A stretch of DNA of 42,869 bases. It comes from an uncultured Spirochaetia bacterium (GTDB lineage: Bacteria > Spirochaetota > CALGPD01). The notes beneath the pieces are model-generated. The model worked only from the letters and a program-made list of their open reading frames with translations, was not told the DNA's origin and did not search any database. The position numbers and the translations under genes were made by a program. The stretch covers positions 1 through 42,869 of the forward strand of contig CALGPD010000272.1 of assembly GCA_937960625.1 (NCBI GenBank), given 5' to 3'. Below, in pieces: positions 10,239-19,665 of this stretch (position 1 is the stretch's first letter; every line of letters begins with the position of its first letter).

Positions 10239-11093
10239 ATGAGGCCGGATAAAGTAAACTTAGAAAAATGTACTATTTGCGGGTTGTGTACCGAACTATG
10301 CGATTACGGTGTATTATTAATAAACGAGAACAAAAAGCGGCTTGAAATCTATGATAAAAACTGCCTAGAATGCTCACACTGTATTGCAATTTGCCCGGTT
10401 AGCGCGTTAAGCGCTAAAGGCCAATACCCTGATAAAATTGAGGACTTACCCGTTCCTAATAAAACCCTTGCTATGTTAAACAAAAGAAGAAGTATCCGTA
10501 AGTATCTTGATAAGCCCGTTGAAACGGAAAAACTCGATAAACTTGCTGATTTTGCCCGGTACGCTCCAACGGGGTCAAACCGTCAGGGTACACGTGTTTT
10601 ATTCGTTGTTGATAAAGAAAAACGAAAACAAGTAACTGACGCGTTAATGAAGTTTTATAAAAAAATGAAAAAAATTATTTCTATCTGGCCTTTCAGCCTA
10701 CTCATGTATTTTTTCGTTCCGCGCAAAATGGTTAAGTCGTATAAAGCCGGGTTAAAACACATGGTAAAAAAATTTGAAGACGGCAAAGACGTACTTTTTT
10801 TTAACTCTCCGGTGATAGTTTTCGTGTATTCTCTAAAACATGAATCTTCCACACCCAAAGACGATGCGTGTTACGCTCTTTATAACATGGTTATCGGAGC
10901 CGAAAGCATGGGTATGGGAACGTGTATAAACCAGCTGTCCGTTATCGCTTATAACAAAATGAAGAAAAAAATATTAAAACTTTTAGGCCTGCCCAAAACA
11001 GCGCGTATACAGGCAAGCTCGTCTTTAGGCTATCCGCATTACAAATTTAAATCCGCGGCAATAAGACAACCGGCTAAGTTTGAGATTTTGTAG
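10239..11093 (+). CDS. Nitroreductase-family protein with an N-terminal 2x[4Fe-4S] ferredoxin domain
   Basis: CTICGLCTELC and CLECSHCIAICP cluster motifs are followed by RRSIRKY...APTGSNRQ nitroreductase motifs. GGAG lies upstream of the ATG. Confidence 0.8.
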   Translation: MRPDKVNLEKCTICGLCTELCDYGVLLINENKKRLEIYDKNCLECSHCIAICPVSALSAKGQYPDKIEDLPVPNKTLAMLNKRRSIRKYLDKPVETEKLDKLADFARYAPTGSNRQGTRVLFVVDKEKRKQVTDALMKFYKKMKKIISIWPFSLLMYFFVPRKMVKSYKAGLKHMVKKFEDGKDVLFFNSPVIVFVYSLKHESSTPKDDACYALYNMVIGAESMGMGTCINQLSVIAYNKMKKKILKLLGLPKTARIQASSSLGYPHYKFKSAAIRQPAKFEIL

Positions 11094-11115
11094 GGTAGTT
11101 GGTTATGATGTTAAC

Positions 11116-11400
11116 TTAATCATATTTAACCCATTTTATGGTTTTTATATCATATTGCAATGATGTACTATTTAAAGCTTCATGAATTGAATCATACAAT
11201 GTATCATTTACAACTTCCCAATTTTTATTACAGGAAAACTTATAAACTTTATCCCCTGAATCATATTTACATATTGTCAGGCCATGAATTTTTATTTTAT
11301 TTTTATTTTCACTATCCGGCATTTCAAAAATTGGTTCATGCTCTGAATAAAACCAATACATTACATTTGCGTTGTCTATTTTTTTTTGTGGTTTTTTCAT
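11116..11400 (-). CDS. Hypothetical small protein (about 94 aa)
   Basis: The ORF is intact and I chose the MKKPQKK start, but there is no clear SD and I recognised no family. Confidence 0.4.
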   Translation of the reverse strand: MKKPQKKIDNANVMYWFYSEHEPIFEMPDSENKNKIKIHGLTICKYDSGDKVYKFSCNKNWEVVNDTLYDSIHEALNSTSLQYDIKTIKWVKYD

Positions 11401-11509
11401 TTTTACAAAAGTAACAAAATACGCGGTATAACACAAATGTATTTTAATGAGCATCCAAAAACGTGTTATAGTTTATTTATAGATAAGGAGGGATGTTCAA
11501 GGGAGTAAA

Positions 11510-12559
11510 GTGAAGAAAAATGAAAAAATATTCTTAATTATAACGTTTTTAATAATTCTTACTTTTTTTATCAAAAAAAAGGTTTGCGCGGAAACTCAAC
11601 TGGAATTCGGTACAAATATATCCGGGGAGTTTCCAAATATAGCGAAATATAACGGTTTTGTTTCGGATTTAAAGCAGGCATTTGACAGGGCATTTAAATA
11701 CGAGGTTGATATAGTTTGCTCTGCTGTTATTTCTCAAAGCAGTGTTATGATAAGCAACGCAAGAAAATTCACCTTTGGTTTTGATTTGAAATACATTGAA
11801 GGATTTAGTTCAGTATCTGATCTTGAAGAGACTAAAATATTAGAGCAAAGTCAGGCTATGTCCGGTTTTTTCGCTTTATACATAGGTTTTCCTATTACTA
11901 AAAATTTATCACTTTTTGCTCATCTGGGATTTGCTTTATTATCTAAACTATCAACCGGAATAAGTTTGCTATGGAAATTTACTGAAAAGCAACATCGCCT
12001 GGTTAAAGAATATGATGAGTATGGGGATTTAAAAACCGTCAAACACGTATCAAGTTTTTTTCTTTCATTTTCAGGTTTTTATACTTTCAGGAAACTTAAT
12101 GAAAATACACGTACTGATTTTCTTCCCGGTGCTGAATTTAATAATGCTTCTTCATTTATAGTATACGGCAATGGTTCAAACAACATCACCAAGTTCGATT
12201 TGTCAATTATTTCGTTTATTCTTAATTTCAAATATCTATTGCGGTATAAGAGATTTATATTAAATACCGGAGTAGGAATTTCCGTAAATATTATAAATAA
12301 AGCTGAAATTTACTATTCATTTGAAAACGTAAATGTTAATTATCAGGGAAGCGGAGCTGTGGACGGTGCAGATACATCATTAACAATAAGAATGAATATT
12401 GACAGCTATGTATCGTTTATGCCTTTTATATTCGTTGGCGCGGGTTATAGAATAAGTGACTGGTTTAAAATTCAAGCCCCAAAATTCAGCTTGATATATT
12501 TATCTACTGTAAAATCCATTTCGCTCGAAGTTAACTGTTCTTTTCATTTTCTTTTTTAA
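11510..12559 (+). CDS. Hypothetical exported protein, possibly an outer-membrane beta-barrel
   Basis: It has a signal-like N-terminus, alternating aromatic/hydrophobic segments and a C-terminal F. The start is GTG 4 nt after GGGAG. The function call is weak. Confidence 0.5.
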   Translation: MKKNEKIFLIITFLIILTFFIKKKVCAETQLEFGTNISGEFPNIAKYNGFVSDLKQAFDRAFKYEVDIVCSAVISQSSVMISNARKFTFGFDLKYIEGFSSVSDLEETKILEQSQAMSGFFALYIGFPITKNLSLFAHLGFALLSKLSTGISLLWKFTEKQHRLVKEYDEYGDLKTVKHVSSFFLSFSGFYTFRKLNENTRTDFLPGAEFNNASSFIVYGNGSNNITKFDLSIISFILNFKYLLRYKRFILNTGVGISVNIINKAEIYYSFENVNVNYQGSGAVDGADTSLTIRMNIDSYVSFMPFIFVGAGYRISDWFKIQAPKFSLIYLSTVKSISLEVNCSFHFLF

Positions 12560-12588
12560 ATCAAAAAGAAAACATTTCTATTTTCCTA

Positions 12589-12616
12589 TTGACACGGAGC
12601 AAAAATAGCGTATAAT
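12589..12616 (+). promoter_or_regulatory. Perfect-consensus promoter TTGACA-16-TATAAT, 6 nt upstream of the ATG at 12623 (leaderless mRNA candidate)
   Basis: TTGACA at 12589-12594 and TATAAT at 12611-12616, then TGCTGT followed directly by the ATG. No SD is possible. Confidence 0.55.
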
Positions 12617-12622
12617 TGCTGT

Positions 12623-13417
12623 ATGAAAAAAGTATTCGTTATCATTACGTTGTCATTAACAATTTTATCGTGTTCTGTTTCGAGCATGGTAAAAAAATAC
12701 ATTCCAAAGATTTCTTTTAAATCCCTGAAATTTAAAAGCATTGATCTAAAGGGTTTTACCCTTGAAATGACTATGAATATTAACAACGATAAAGTTGATA
12801 AACCCATTGTAATTGTTAAAAACGAATATTTAGTTGCTGTAGAAAAAAAGCATTTGATGAAAGTTAAAAACAATAAAGCCGTTACATTCCCCCCAAAGAA
12901 AAACGTTGATTATAAACAGGATATATATATAACGTATAAACGCGCTAGAAGCTTGCTTAAATTAATTTTTAACAAGGATAAAATGCTCGTCGAGCTTAAA
13001 GGCGTTTTCTACGTTAATGTTGCATCGAGAAAACTTGAAGTGCCTATACAACAATCTTTTAAAGTTAAAGTTCCGAAATTTCCTAAAATATCATTATCAG
13101 GAATAAGTTTTGCCGGGTTTAATAAAGTTATACTTAATTTAAAAATCCAGAACCGGACACCGGTATTTTTCTCAATTTCCTCAAGCCGGTTTAAAGTATT
13201 GGTTTCGGGTAAAAAATTATTAAACGCGAAAACGGGTAGAATCACATTAAAAATTAATAAAGCAGTTAATATCCGCGTTCCTGTTTCATTTAACATAGTA
13301 AATGCATTGTCAATTGTTTCAAAACTCAAAAACTGGAAAAAATTAAAGATTAAACTTATAGGGTATTTTGAAATCCGCACCTTATTCGGGAAAATCAGAA
13401 TTCCGTTTAAATTGTAA
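12623..13417 (+). CDS. Hypothetical lipoprotein (possible LEA-2/WHy-like repeats, unverified)
   Basis: MKKVFVIITLSLTILSC signal peptide plus lipobox. The sequence is beta-rich and repetitive. Confidence 0.55.
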   Translation: MKKVFVIITLSLTILSCSVSSMVKKYIPKISFKSLKFKSIDLKGFTLEMTMNINNDKVDKPIVIVKNEYLVAVEKKHLMKVKNNKAVTFPPKKNVDYKQDIYITYKRARSLLKLIFNKDKMLVELKGVFYVNVASRKLEVPIQQSFKVKVPKFPKISLSGISFAGFNKVILNLKIQNRTPVFFSISSSRFKVLVSGKKLLNAKTGRITLKINKAVNIRVPVSFNIVNALSIVSKLKNWKKLKIKLIGYFEIRTLFGKIRIPFKL

Positions 13418-13491
13418 TTATTAAACAGTATAAAATTAAGCATACAAGTGTTTTAGTTGCCGATTTTTGTAATAAAGTTTATTTTAAGAGT

Positions 13492-14838
13492 ATGGAAAAA
13501 ATAACGAAAAAATTACCCGTTGTGGCTATTATTGGAAGGCCGAATGTGGGAAAATCTACTTTATTTAATAAACTCGTTAAGCGAAAAAAAGCTATTGTAA
13601 GCCCAGTTGCAGGAGTTACAAGGGATAGAAATTCGCATGTGATAACGTATAATAACAAAGAGTTTGAAATAATAGACACGGGCGGATTTACAACGGATAA
13701 AGACGACAGTTTTAAAGAATATATAAGTAAACAAGCAAAAGTTGCAATAGATGAGGCTGATTTTATCGTTTTCTTAACTGAATACGATGATGTAACCCGT
13801 GATGATGAAATGCTTGCTAAAATAATATTGGAATCAGGTAAAAACTACATTTTAGCCATTAATAAAGTTGATAATAACCAAAGGGAAAATTATACATACC
13901 AGCATTATGAGCTTAATTTGGGCGAACCGTTACCAATTTCCGTTTTGCAGGGAAAAAACATTGATTTATTATTAAATATCATAGATAATAACCTGCCGGA
14001 AGCTGAACAAAAAATATCAGCCGAACTGGAAAATACAATTGATGTTAGTATTGTGGGAAAGCCGAATACAGGTAAATCTACTTTATTGAACTATATTCTA
14101 GGCGAAGAAAGAAGCATTGTTTCCGATATACCCGGTACAACGCGGGATTCAATAGAAGAAGTTATTACTTATAAAGAAAGAAATATAAAGTTTGTTGATA
14201 CCGCCGGCATCCGTAGAAAGAATAAAGTAACAGAGGATATTGAATTTTACAGTGTGCGCAGGGCAATAGGAAGTGTTGAACACAGCGAAGTTATTGTTCT
14301 GATGATAGACGCAGTTGAAAACTTAACCGAACAGGATAAAAAAATAGCGGGTATTGCTATGCAGAGGGGAAAAGCATTAATAATTGTAGTGAATAAATGG
14401 GATCTTGTTAAAGACGAATATAAATCTTTTGCAAGTTATGAAGACTTTCTAAGGTTTAAGTTTTCTGTTGCACATTTTATTCCCGTTGTAAATATTTCAG
14501 CCATTTACGGAAAAAACGTAAAAAAACTGCTTAATAAAATTATTGCAGTTCACGCGCAATATCATATGCGTGTTGATACAGGAGAGTTTAACAGGTTTTT
14601 GCAGGAAATAATTCAGGCTAATCCCCCTAAACTAAAAAGAGGCAGTTTTAAAATATATTACGGAACTCAGCCTACCGCGGCTCCTGTGAGTTTTGTTTTA
14701 TTTTGTAATAATCCGGATAATTGTCCGGCTCAATATAAGAATTATATTATTAACAGAATTAGGGATAAATATGGATTTACCGGTATTCCTGTTAATATCA
14801 AATTAAAGGGAAAGGAACGGAAAAAAGCAGCGAATTGA
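13492..14838 (+). CDS. der: Ribosome-associated GTPase Der/EngA
   Basis: Two tandem GTPase domains (GRPNVGKST...DTGG...NKVD and GKPNTGKST...DTAG...NKWD) are followed by a KH-like C-terminus. Confidence 0.95.
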   Translation: MEKITKKLPVVAIIGRPNVGKSTLFNKLVKRKKAIVSPVAGVTRDRNSHVITYNNKEFEIIDTGGFTTDKDDSFKEYISKQAKVAIDEADFIVFLTEYDDVTRDDEMLAKIILESGKNYILAINKVDNNQRENYTYQHYELNLGEPLPISVLQGKNIDLLLNIIDNNLPEAEQKISAELENTIDVSIVGKPNTGKSTLLNYILGEERSIVSDIPGTTRDSIEEVITYKERNIKFVDTAGIRRKNKVTEDIEFYSVRRAIGSVEHSEVIVLMIDAVENLTEQDKKIAGIAMQRGKALIIVVNKWDLVKDEYKSFASYEDFLRFKFSVAHFIPVVNISAIYGKNVKKLLNKIIAVHAQYHMRVDTGEFNRFLQEIIQANPPKLKRGSFKIYYGTQPTAAPVSFVLFCNNPDNCPAQYKNYIINRIRDKYGFTGIPVNIKLKGKERKKAAN

Positions 14839-15869
14839 TGAATGTTTTTAGAACGCGGTCGAATAATAAAATTGCTGTACTCGGTGGAGGAAGTTGGGGT
14901 TCTGCGCTTGCTCTTGTTGCGTCTGTGAAAAATTACGTTAAAGTCTGGGAATATGATGAACGTGTTGTTAAAGAAGTAAATTCTAAACACACTAATAAAA
15001 GGTATTTACCTGATATTCAAATTCCTCAAGATATTTTATATACAACGGATTTATCTGAAGTTTTAGAAGATAAACCGGATATAATTATTTTTGCAGTTCC
15101 TTCTCAAGCAACGAGATGCGTTGCCGAACAAGCTTCTAAGCATATAAAACGTAAAGCCGTTATTATTAGCGCATCAAAAGGCATGGAACAGGGTACACAT
15201 AAAAGAATGAGCCAGGTTTTGGAAGCCTGTTTTCCCAAAAGTTATCCCGTTATTCCTTTACTAGGCCCTACGCACGCTGAAGAAGTTGCAAAAATGCTGC
15301 CATCTGCTATCGTAGCAGGTTCAAGAAAGAAAAAAGCAACAGCGTTTATTCAAAACGTTTTATCTACTCCGACTTTTCGTATATATTCTAATACAGATAC
15401 TATTGGTGTTGAAATTGCTTCTACGCTTAAAAATATAATTGCTATCGCTGCCGGATTAGCAGACGGTCTTGGCTTTGGCGATAATACCAAATCAGCTCTT
15501 ATAACGAGAGGAATCGCGGAAATGGTCAGGTTTGGGAAAAAGTTTAATGCTAAAGAAAGAACTTTCTACGGTCTGGCAGGGGTCGGTGATTTAATGACAA
15601 CTTGTTTCAGTAACCACGGAAGAAATTTGCGGCTAGGCAGAATGCTTGCGCAGGGCTCAAGTTTAAAACAAGCTCAGGAAAAATTAGGCCAGGTTACAGA
15701 GGGTGTTAAAGCGTGCACAATTGTGCGGGAAATTGCATTGAAGAAAAAAATTGATATGCCCATTACAATGCAGGTCTATAATGTTTTATTTGAAGGGTTA
15801 AGCGCAAAAGAAGCAACAATTGCATTAATGGAACGGAAAATTAAGCGCGAAGATTGGGGGCACGCTTGA
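14835..15869 (+). CDS. gpsA: NAD(P)H-dependent glycerol-3-phosphate dehydrogenase
   Basis: GGGSWGSALA dinucleotide fold and the LKNIIAIAAGLADGLGFGDNTKSALITRG motif. A 4-nt ATGA overlap with der matches the conserved der-gpsA synteny. Confidence 0.95.
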   Translation: MMNVFRTRSNNKIAVLGGGSWGSALALVASVKNYVKVWEYDERVVKEVNSKHTNKRYLPDIQIPQDILYTTDLSEVLEDKPDIIIFAVPSQATRCVAEQASKHIKRKAVIISASKGMEQGTHKRMSQVLEACFPKSYPVIPLLGPTHAEEVAKMLPSAIVAGSRKKKATAFIQNVLSTPTFRIYSNTDTIGVEIASTLKNIIAIAAGLADGLGFGDNTKSALITRGIAEMVRFGKKFNAKERTFYGLAGVGDLMTTCFSNHGRNLRLGRMLAQGSSLKQAQEKLGQVTEGVKACTIVREIALKKKIDMPITMQVYNVLFEGLSAKEATIALMERKIKREDWGHA

Positions 15870-16465
15870 ATTCAGGTAAAAAGTATTATTACATAGGCGA
15901 AGTTGCTGATGAAGTTGGATTAAAAGAACACGTTTTAAGGTTTTGGGAAAAGGAATTTGAATTTTTAAGGCCTGTAACCAATAACGCGAATCACCGTAAA
16001 TATACTATACGTGATATTAATCTTATAAAGAAAATTAAATATCTGGTTTATGATGAAAAATACACAATTCCCGGAGCTCGGCAGAAAATACTGGAACTTA
16101 AAAAAAGAAATATAAGTATTTTTGATGAATTCGACCCTGATGTTTTTAATTCAGGCATACCTGCACAGCAAAAAGTACAAACAACGGAAAAACAAAGCAC
16201 AACGGTCAGCGGAGATAATTTGTCCAAAGCAATACAGAATATTGCAAATACAATTGATAATTCATTAATAAAGGAAGAAACCAGACAGCAAACGATTCAA
16301 CCTCAAAATCAATTTCAGAACACAAAAATATCAGGGCAAACAAATCAAGTTTATAGTCGTAAGAAAGAAGTTGTTCAAAACCAAATAAACCCTGACAATG
16401 TTTTTCCTATTTCAAAATCTGAACTTATAAGAACTCTTCAGGATATTCTATCCCTGCTGAATTAA
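15854..16465 (+). CDS. MerR-family HTH transcriptional regulator with a Q/N/T-rich C-terminal tail
   Basis: YYIGEVADEVGLKEHVLRFWEKEF is a MerR-type HTH. The start is uncertain (TTG at 15854 or 15866) and overlaps the gpsA 3' end. Confidence 0.8.
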   Translation: MGARLNSGKKYYYIGEVADEVGLKEHVLRFWEKEFEFLRPVTNNANHRKYTIRDINLIKKIKYLVYDEKYTIPGARQKILELKKRNISIFDEFDPDVFNSGIPAQQKVQTTEKQSTTVSGDNLSKAIQNIANTIDNSLIKEETRQQTIQPQNQFQNTKISGQTNQVYSRKKEVVQNQINPDNVFPISKSELIRTLQDILSLLN

Positions 16466-17409
16466 TTTTCATCCTGTTTAAATTTTATTAAAGACGTGAT
16501 TATTTCATTCACTTTCACGTTGACATTAAACTCTTTACCATATTCAACTATTTTACCGTTTAAAGCATCAATCTCTGTGCGTCTTCCGTTACTAATATCC
16601 TGATACATTGACGAATGGTGTTTTCTCGTTGGTGGAACAAGTTTTTCGTAAAAAACTTCACAATAAGTTTTTGCATCCGGAATAACCATTTCTATTTTCA
16701 TTTTGTCAGCAACGCTATATATTTCTTCTATTATGTTATTCATTAAGTCAACAGTGTTTTTATTATCTGCCAACTCACCATAAGATACTTGCAGTATGGC
16801 ACCAAGAGGATTCAAAGCGCAGTTATATAATGCCTTTGCCCAGATATACCCCATAATATTATTAGAAATTTCAGTTGGGATTTTGGCAGAATTTAAATCA
16901 GCGCTTACCTGTTCCAGAATTTTTTGGTTTTTTCTACTAAAAGGCAAGCCTAATAATACTTTATCTGCATAAACCGTTACTAATGCTGTTCCCGGTGTAT
17001 TGATTTCAACACCGAAAATAACCCTTGCTCCGGCTGCCCTGTCATTACCTGTAATAGATTTGATTTTTTCAACATTGCCCAGCCCGTTTTGGATAGATAT
17101 ACAAATACCGCCGGGTTTTAATAAATGTATAACGGGTTTTAACGCAGTTTCCGTATCATTACTTTTAACGCAGAGAAGTATTACATCAAACCTGCCGGTG
17201 CTGTTTTCTATATCGTTAGGATAATAGGCATTGATTTTATCAACTGAATGATTTCCCCAGATGCCTTCAATTTTTATCCCATTTTGCTTTATTTCATCAA
17301 AGTGCTGTCCAAGGCCGGTATAAGTAACGAGTTTACCGGATAACTCAAGCATTCCTCCGAAAACCGTGCCTAACGCCCCAGCTCCAACAACAAGGTAATT
17401 CATATCCAT
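16462..17409 (-). CDS. panE: 2-dehydropantoate 2-reductase (ApbA/PanE family)
   Basis: VVGAGALGTVFGG Rossmann N-terminus and a PanE-like C-terminal domain (SSMYQDISNGRRTEIDALNG). Confidence 0.85.
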   Translation of the reverse strand: MDMNYLVVGAGALGTVFGGMLELSGKLVTYTGLGQHFDEIKQNGIKIEGIWGNHSVDKINAYYPNDIENSTGRFDVILLCVKSNDTETALKPVIHLLKPGGICISIQNGLGNVEKIKSITGNDRAAGARVIFGVEINTPGTALVTVYADKVLLGLPFSRKNQKILEQVSADLNSAKIPTEISNNIMGYIWAKALYNCALNPLGAILQVSYGELADNKNTVDLMNNIIEEIYSVADKMKIEMVIPDAKTYCEVFYEKLVPPTRKHHSSMYQDISNGRRTEIDALNGKIVEYGKEFNVNVKVNEIITSLIKFKQDEN

Positions 17410-17712
17410 ATAGTTCTCCGTTAGAAAAATATCGTGAATAACTTAATAAAAAATTGAGGGGTTATAAATGAAAAAGATTATTTTTAATAAATAGCTTTTT
17501 CTTTTTTTGTTTTGTCGAAATTTATTCTCTTATGTAGTAAATTTGTTTCATACATGGTGTAAAAAAACTACATACTAATTAATAGTCGAAATATTTTATG
17601 AAAATTATGTTGAAATTCCTGAAATAATACCGAAAATTCATTTGTATAATAATATATAAGTGGCATGATAATTGCACTTATATTGTTATATGCTCATTAA
17701 GGAGAATTTAAA

Positions 17713-17832
17713 ATGATTGTATCTTTCAAAAAACTAACCAAAAAAAGCGTTAAACACGGTGTAAATGTTTTATGTTTTAGTGCAGAAAACAAAGCGGAAA
17801 ATTTTATTATTAAAAGGCCGGAAAATATTTAG
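17713..17832 (+). CDS. Possible small ORF (39 aa); not in the ORF track
   Basis: AAGGAGA lies 7 nt upstream of the ATG. The product is MIVSFKKLTKKSVKHGVNVLCFSAENKAENFIIKRPENI. No homology could be judged. Confidence 0.25.
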   Translation: MIVSFKKLTKKSVKHGVNVLCFSAENKAENFIIKRPENI

Positions 17833-17859
17833 AAGGCAAACAAGGAAACAGATAACAAT

Positions 17860-18312
17860 TTAACTTAAACGCAGAATCATTGCAATTTCATCACAATCAG
17901 GGAATTTCGGACAATTAACACAATCCGCCCAAACTTTATGAGGCAGTTCGCTTTTTTCAATTTCTTTAAATCCAAGTTTGTTAAAAAAACCGGGTTTGTA
18001 GGTTAGAGAAAAGACCTTTTTAATTTCAAGCATTTTTGCTTCATCAATACACGCTAAAACTAGTTCCCTGCCAATTCCTGTAGATTGCTCGCTCTCTTCA
18101 ACAGCTAATGACCTGACTTCGGCTAAATCTTCCCATGTAATATGAAGAGCGCAAGCGCCGATAACTTCGCCCTGCTTTTCATATACAAAGTAATCCCTAA
18201 TGCATTCGTAAATCTGAGCAAAAGAACGCGCAAGCATTTCACCTCTCTTGGCGAATTCCATTGCAAGTTTGTGTATCTGTTTAGCATCCGTAAGTCTAGC
18301 TTTTCTAACCAT
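17860..18312 (-). CDS. GNAT-family N-acetyltransferase (amino-acid acetyltransferase-like)
   Basis: The RSLAVEESEQSTGIGRELV acetyl-CoA motif. The start is moved to the ATG at 18312 (MVRKARL), which has GGAG 6 nt upstream. Confidence 0.8.
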   Translation of the reverse strand: MVRKARLTDAKQIHKLAMEFAKRGEMLARSFAQIYECIRDYFVYEKQGEVIGACALHITWEDLAEVRSLAVEESEQSTGIGRELVLACIDEAKMLEIKKVFSLTYKPGFFNKLGFKEIEKSELPHKVWADCVNCPKFPDCDEIAMILRLS

Positions 18313-18515
18313 AATATTCTCCAGTATTATCAATGAATAATATTATATTAAAATAGAAGATAACTGAAAAGTATTTTCAACGTATTTATTCATAAACTTA
18401 TAAATGTAGATTTCTAATTTTTATATGGATGTATTTAATAAAGAAGAAAATTGAAATAAACTATAGTAATATTTTTTTTTGCTATTTTATAAAGATTTTA
18501 AAGTTAATATGATAT

Positions 18516-19655
18516 TTAAATGCCAATTTCTTTTATCAATAATTGTATTTTAGGCACTATGTCATCCAAAGGCAGGATTATATCAATACCGCCCTGCTCA
18601 ACTGCAACTTTAGGCATACCGTATACAACGCATGTATTAGCGCTTTGAGCTATTGTTATTGCACCTACAGCGGATAATTCGTTGATTTCCTTTGCCCCGT
18701 CTTTACCCATTCCTGTCATAATAATTGAAATACATTCTTCTCCTAGAACATCTTTAGATGATAAAAATAAAACTCCCGCGGATGGGCGGTGGCCGTTACA
18801 ATGAGGTTCCTGATTAATACCCATATAAATTTCTTTTGAACTTCCTTTTAAAACAAGATGGCGGTTGCCCTGAGCAATGTAAATATTACCGGGTTTGGCA
18901 ATCAACCCGTCTCTCGCTTCTTGAGCAGTCATTTTACATATTTCGTCTAAACCGGATGCAAACTCTTTGGTAAATCCCTCGGGCATATGCTGAACTATAA
19001 ATATGGGCAGAGGGAAATTTTTTGGAAAAAGCGGCAAAATTTTTCTTAAAGCGTTTGGCCCGCCGGTGGAAATTCCAATACAAATTGCTTTTATTTTTTT
19101 TATTTTGGAGATTTTTTCTTCAAGAGATTTTTTCGGTATAACCGGCGTAGATTGAGATTTAACACTTTGTAAATGATATTCCTGTAGAATTGCTTCAGAA
19201 TGCTTTAATTCTTCTTGCTCTATCTTTTTCTTTTGCTCAACAGTGAGTATATTGCTGCGGTGGTAATAATGGATTTTACTTCTAATTTCCTCAGCCAGCG
19301 TTTCAATATCCATTGAAATAGCGCCTGATGGTTTAATTATAAAATCGCTTGCGCCCATGGACATGGTTTTAAAAATTATTTCCGGTTGGCTTTTTCCTAA
19401 AGAGGAAACTACTATAACCGGAGTTTGAATTCCCAGTTCTTTTCTCATTTTAAGAAATTCTATACCGTTCATGCCCGGCATCTCAAGATCGCACAATACA
19501 ACATCCGGGCCGAATTTCTTTATTTTTTTCAAAGCAAACAACCCGTTCATAGCAGTATCAACAACCTCAAGTTCAGGGTCTTCAGATACAATTTTGGAGA
19601 TTAATTTGCGCATTATGGATGAATCATCAACAACAAGAACTTTTACTTTAGCCAC
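18516..19655 (-). CDS. cheB: Chemotaxis response regulator protein-glutamate methylesterase
   Basis: The receiver domain (VLVVDDSSIMRK...LCDLEMPGMNG...KP) is followed by the methylesterase domain (GISTGGPNAL, HMPEGFT, GMGKDGA). Confidence 0.93.
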   Translation of the reverse strand: MAKVKVLVVDDSSIMRKLISKIVSEDPELEVVDTAMNGLFALKKIKKFGPDVVLCDLEMPGMNGIEFLKMRKELGIQTPVIVVSSLGKSQPEIIFKTMSMGASDFIIKPSGAISMDIETLAEEIRSKIHYYHRSNILTVEQKKKIEQEELKHSEAILQEYHLQSVKSQSTPVIPKKSLEEKISKIKKIKAICIGISTGGPNALRKILPLFPKNFPLPIFIVQHMPEGFTKEFASGLDEICKMTAQEARDGLIAKPGNIYIAQGNRHLVLKGSSKEIYMGINQEPHCNGHRPSAGVLFLSSKDVLGEECISIIMTGMGKDGAKEINELSAVGAITIAQSANTCVVYGMPKVAVEQGGIDIILPLDDIVPKIQLLIKEIGI

Positions 19656-19665
19656 AACTTAATAA

